From positions 53,793 to 117,792 of the forward strand of contig NMRA01000667.1 of NCBI GenBank assembly GCA_002633005.1: 64,000 bases of DNA, read 5' to 3'. The translations under genes were made by a program, and so were the position numbers. Numbering within the stretch: the first letter of the stretch is position 1; the number at the start of each line of letters is the position of its first letter. The notes beneath the pieces are model-generated. The model was given only the letters and a program-made list of their open reading frames with translations. It had not been told where the DNA came from and did not search any database. The DNA is from Phoronis australis. Its lineage: Eukaryota > Animalia > Phoronida. Shown here piece by piece: positions 61,342 to 64,000 of the stretch.

Positions 61342-63045
61342 AGGAGAATGCCACCCGATTTAATTAGTTTTTTTTGCTGTCTTAATCGGTCTATATCCAC
61401 ATCTCCTCTTATACGGTCGATCTCACCTTGTCGAAAGGTGTCGCGTTAACCTGTGATGAAGGTGAGAAACGACGCAGCGACGTAAGTGGTTCGTCAGCAG
61501 AGTGAATGCCGCTATATTGCGGTGCATCGTTCCCACTTGTTCGAACTATGAAGCTGCGAAGAAAGCGGGTATATCATTTTTTCGACTTCCTCGAGAGCCC
61601 AAAATGCTTAGGAAGTGGCTCGCGGTAGTGAAGAATGAAAGGTAGGCTGTTAATAGCAAGTATGAGGCCGTGAAACCTCTCCGTGTCCGTGGCCGGCATT
61701 TCGTCGGCAGTGATTTCTCTGACGAATTCTGGCTTACCAAAGAACTATCCATACGTTCCGTTGCCTGTGCATGTTCACGGTGCCTCTGTAGTATTTACTG
61801 ATCAGTGTATTCCGGTTCGAACCGTTAGCCTGTGAAACCTAACTATCCGACCCGTGAAGTCTTCGTCGCCTGAGCCCTTGATTAAGTCGGGATTGGCGGG
61901 GGCGAGTTGCCGTTTATTAGTACACTTTTATTATTCTGTGTTTTGTTTCAAAATGAATTATTCTCATTCTAATCAATGCTTATAGGAAACTGGAACAAAG
62001 TCTGCCTCATTAGATACAATTTGTAATGTCTTGGAGTGCTCGTGAGTGCAAATGTTGTGAGAAGCCAGCAATGAATAAACCCCAGTCGGCATCAAAAGTC
62101 AGGTAAATGACCGGGCACCCAGGCGGTGTGAGCGCATGCTAATTCAGTGTTTGCTGACAGAAAGCTGTTGTGAAACAATTACTCGATTTTATATGCTATG
62201 TTAGAGGAATCTTTATTTAGAAATACAAATACATTATTCAAATCAATGTTACTGAACAACCTTTGCCCTGACGGTCTGTGGAAGGGGAACCCGATATCGC
62301 GGCCCCCGACAAGTAAGTAGATTTTCAGTGATTTCGTGGCTAATTAACAAAAATAATTACGTGCACTTTATTTCTTTGGCTCACTATTATAGTCTTTTCG
62401 TGACTGGAGGTTTAGTTTCCAACACAAGCTGGTTTATGTTCGTGCCAGTCCCGGCGGCCGCGACGGGCCTGATCGGGTTCCCCTGAGCCACGATCAGGCG
62501 GGGATAACGAGCCAGTCCGGCCGCGACGGGCCTGATCGGGTTCCGAGCCACTGGCCGGGATAACAATTAAGCGTTTTGTGTGTTTAGAGCAAAAAAACTC
62601 ACAAGTATAACAACACAGATCTAGATTCTCGTGTCTGTATTTCACGGAAGAGCCGTACAGACCCCAAACTCCTCAGTGCTACGGACCTTGGTAAATTGGC
62701 CTTCCGAACTTTGTGGGCTACGGTGTGTCCAAATACCAGTAAATCCGTAACAGCGAAATAAAACAACACGTTTTTACAATAACTCGGTGTATTTTTAAGG
62801 GTTTTTGGTCGAAGTTTTATTATTTATTGGTGTTAAACGATGAATTCAAGCGATAAGCTGACACCAGTTACCCGTGTTGTGAACTGCTCACAGACTACGT
62901 GTGAAACCAATTACGTCATTGGATAATTTCAACACCCCCGTCTGCCGTCAGGTGTCAGGTAACGCAACCGAACCTGCCGTTGTCGAGCAGAACTACTTGA
63001 TCTAAAGTGATACAAAATAGGTTGTTTTTTGGGTGGCATTTTCCT
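61342..63045 (+). mobile_element. Kolobok-like DNA transposon, internally deleted (~1.7 kb)
   Basis: TTAA|AGGAGAATGCCACCC...GGGTGGCATTTTCCT|TTAA; contains a THAP remnant. Kolobok elements are known for TTAA targets, purine-start TIRs and THAP-bearing transposases. Confidence 0.75.
61514..61720 (+). pseudogene. Decayed THAP domain (transposase N-terminus)
   Basis: ILRCIVPTCSNYEAAKKAGISFFRLPREPKMLRKWLAVVKNER*AVNSKYEAVKPLRVRGRHFVGSDF: C-x4-C, FxxP, W and HF are present, but there is no ATG, an in-frame TAG (61643) and the third Cys is replaced by Arg. Confidence 0.75.
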
Positions 63046-64000
63046 TTAAATGTTCCCCACATTTCTCAAAAACGGTGCGTTCAGGGACTGCGTGTGTTGT
63101 CAGGCTGAAATGAAGGCAGTCATAGTAGATTTGTTTATTTCACAGAACACAGCAGGGTGACATACACGCCCTCTTAAGTTGATGAATGAATCATTCCACA
63201 GCCAAACGAGCAGTCATGCAATGACGCAAACAATATTTCCCCTGTTGTATCCGACTGTCATAATTTTTACACACTAAAAACTGTGTTGATCTGACAGATG
63301 TGCTAGCTTTTACAGCTATAAAAGTTTTATGTTAATCATATAGATATTCCCTAACACGTATGTTTAATGATGGGTATGACTATGTAACCACTTGCCGTAA
63401 TTGGATATTATATGTTAGCAAGAGTTGGCAGACCTACATGTTTGTCAGACGATTGTCTGTGGGTTTGTTTAAAAGACAGCTATGCTTTGAGATTGTGCGT
63501 AGATGGAGAGTGAATAATAAAATCCCGTAATTAATTCATTATATGATAACCCCTAATTTGACAAATGAAACCTATTGTTAATTAAGTAATCAACTACAAA
63601 GAGTAACTACGCTAGCGCCCTCTTTAAAATTTACTCTTTAAAATCAATCAACCAAAATAATCAAATGTCTTATCTGCTATCCAAACTAGAACCAAGGAGT
63701 GTACGAGTATAGGAGAGTTCACTCAGCCATTTTACCATTCGCCGCAATGGTCGAAACACTAGCGCTCCAAGCGGTGAATAATCAATACTTACTTAGGAGC
63801 GCAGTCCGAACAATGTAAACACTGATGAATTCATACTTTAATGACGTTCAACGTGCAATAAAATTACTGTGTGATTGAAAATGGTTAGAATACGTAAACT
63901 AACATCCACTTATAATCGAATGAGAAAGAAAATGTGTATTTTAATCAATATTAAAGTGTATTTGTTTTTATTCTTTTGAAGCTCCCTTCAAAATCTATCA

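Overview
Intron-rich, AT-rich animal genomic DNA (probably a marine invertebrate; the taxon cannot be fixed from sequence). It holds three protein-coding genes. (1) The last four coding exons and 3'UTR of CDK1 (+, 36-5519). (2) A complete RPTOR/Raptor gene (-, 30 coding exons reconstructed by hand from 46870 to 9941; 3987 nt, 1328 aa, all phases consistent), lying tail-to-tail with CDK1. (3) A ~992-aa coiled-coil + 15x C2H2 zinc-finger gene (+, main exon 51547-54522), head-to-head with RPTOR. The remainder is introns and intergenic DNA containing non-autonomous DNA transposons (a Kolobok-like element with a decayed THAP domain, an ISL2EU-like element with a SAP exon, hAT-like and other MITEs), tandem repeats and three single-N joins flanked by duplicated sequence (probably uncollapsed haplotypes). 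Most short ORFs in the track are spurious. No CRISPR, rRNA or tRNA was seen, and I found no convincing new multi-gene system. The best leads are: a Raptor caspase-like motif reading HYSGHG (metacaspase-type); a perfect AMPK consensus on a frame-preserving RPTOR exon; stop/start-coupled uORFs on both divergent genes; two independent exon-tail duplications in RPTOR introns; a GC-AG intron; and a repeat array carrying CTCF-like motifs. All coordinates and translations were derived by eye.
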